Of a stretch of DNA of 64,000 nt, positions 62,350 to 64,000 are shown in pieces. The DNA is from Octopus sinensis (Eukaryota): the NCBI RefSeq assembly GCF_006345805.1, contig NC_042998.1, positions 6,882,001 to 6,946,000 on the forward strand, given 5' to 3'. The notes under the pieces were generated by a model, which was not told the origin of the DNA, did no database searches, and worked only from the letters and a program-made list of their open reading frames with translations. Made by a program: the position numbers and the translations under genes. Position 1 is the first letter of the stretch. Each line of letters opens with the position of its first letter.

Positions 62350-62735
62350 GGCGCAGGAGTGGCTGCGTGGTAAGTAGCTTGCTTACCAACCACATGGTTC
62401 CGGGTTTTAAGGTGGTGAGCTGGCAGAAACATTAGCACGCCGGGCGAAATGCTAAGCAGTACTTTGTCTGCCGTTACGTTCTGAGTTCAAATTCCGCCGA
62501 GATCGACTTTGCCTTTCATTCTTTCGGGGTCGATTAAATAAGTACCAGTTACGCACTGGGGTCGATATAATTGACTTAATCCCTTTGTCTGTCCTTGTTT
62601 GTCCTCTCTGTGTTTAGCCCCTTGTGGGTAGTAAAGAAAAAGGTTCCGGGTTCAAGTCTTACTGCGTGGCACCTTGAGCAAGCATCTTCTACTATAGCCC
62701 CAGGCTGACCAAAGCCTTGTGAGTGGATTTGTTAT
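62350..62735 (+). mobile_element. SINE family B head split by a nested family A SINE (62407-62641)
   Basis: 11-bp TSD ggttccgggtt at 62396-62406 and 62642-62652. Confidence 0.9.
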
Positions 62736-63103
62736 TAAACCCATGAGCACTTTTCACAAATTCTTTGCAAAATTAAATCTAGAATTGTAATAGTTGTAGT
62801 TTTCCACATACAGAGCCAGATTAAAGCCAACTGAAGCTCTAGACACAACCCAACAATGCCTTCCCACCTGACCTTTCTATTGCTTAAATGGCACTGCAAT
62901 AAAGTATGAGAAATGGTTGCATGCATAATTTTAGATTAAAAATTCCACTTCCTTCCAGGCATCCCCTAATTTAGACCTCACAACTATGTAAACCTATTTT
63001 TTAAATTTCCTATTTTTAACAGTAACTAGTACTAAACAATCTAAACAAATTATTTACTTATTTGTAAGAAAACAGGAAAAATGAAAATTTCAACATTTAT
63101 CAT

Positions 63104-63560
63104 CATCATTTAACGTCCGTTTTCCATGCTAGCATGGGTTTGACAGTTCGACCAGGGTCTGGAAGCCATGGAGGCTGCACCAGGCTCTAGTCTGATTTGG
63201 CAGTATTTCTACAGCTGGATGCCCTTCCTAACGCCAATCTCTCCGTGAGTGTAGCGGGTGTTTTTTACGTGCCACCAGCACAGGGGCCAGAGCAGGCTGG
63301 CAAATGGCCACAATGGGTTGGTGCTTTTACGTGTCACCGACATGGATGCCAGTCAGGCGATGCTGGCATCTGCCACATTCGGACGGTGCTTTTACGTGTC
63401 ACCGACATGGACGCCAGTCAGGCGATGCTGGCATCTGCCACGTTCGGACGGTGCTTTTACGTGTCACCGACATGGACGCCAGTCAGGCGACGCTGGCATC
63501 TGCCACGTTCGGACGGTGCTTTTTACGTGTCACCAGCACGGGTGTCTTTACTACAATTTC
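63104..63560 (-). mobile_element. Family E element with a 65-bp tandem repeat (~3.5 copies, 63320-63545)
   Basis: ggtgcttttacgtgtcaccgacatggacgccagtcaggcgatgctggcatctgccacgttcggac repeated. Confidence 0.88.
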
Positions 63561-64000
63561 CTTTGGAATTTATATTTATTAAAAATCTGTCGTAATTTTC
63601 CAAGATAAATCCAACTCTGGAAAAACTGGTAGTTTCCATTTCCCATCATGCTCTAAATACTTGTATGTATTTTCTAATGGTTAATCTGGCTGTGCACATA
63701 TGATATGCTTAATTCCCAGTGCAGTATCTTTCCTTCTTTCTCCAGTTTGGCTTATCTGTCACACCAGTTCCTTTTAATCAATCCTTATTCTCTGCCAAAA
63801 CCACTGCCAGAAACACCAATAAATTATTGCGGCCTTCGGCATCAGTATTTTAGATCCAAAATGCAAATTTCAACAGTTCTTCTGTGTCTTTTGCATATCA
63901 TGTATAAATCTGATATAACTTATTTCTTTTCCAGTTTCTTCAGTGTTCATATTACAACTTATGATATTGTAAATTGGTGATATGACAAATTTTTCCCCAA

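Overview
AT-rich, microsatellite-saturated eukaryotic genomic DNA. The repeat complement (several tRNA-headed SINE families, an RTE-tailed (GAT)n family, piggyBac/hAT/mariner MITEs, Helentron-like elements) looks like an octopod cephalopod (Octopus) genome; this is recognised from memory, not from a search. Most of the window is transposon debris and simple repeats, and nearly all ORFs in the supplied track are microsatellite or repeat artefacts. Recognisable decayed TE coding sequence: a Ty3/gypsy pol remnant (~2.7-4.1 kb, minus), a full-length TIR-bounded Tc1 element (14.4-15.8 kb), an internally deleted mariner/Tc1-superfamily transposase (41.2-42.1 kb), RTE-type RT fragments and CR1/L2 3' ends. 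A chain of small, phase-compatible GT-AG exons on the minus strand (0.3-8.2 kb, possibly continuing to ~26 kb) suggests the window is largely intronic in an unidentified protein-coding gene. Most interesting: (i) fold-back elements whose arms each carry a minimal type-I hammerhead-ribozyme core (15.2-15.4 kb, with a 13-bp TSD, and 44.4-44.6 kb), as expected of Penelope-like non-autonomous retroelements; (ii) a pre-miRNA-like hairpin overlapping a candidate microexon; (iii) a tandem array built from a palindromic MITE; (iv) a minisatellite born from transposase coding sequence; (v) a SINE flanked by a ~200-bp duplication; (vi) a short GC3-rich coding-like island. All coordinates were counted by hand; repeat boundaries are approximate unless a TSD/TIR is quoted.
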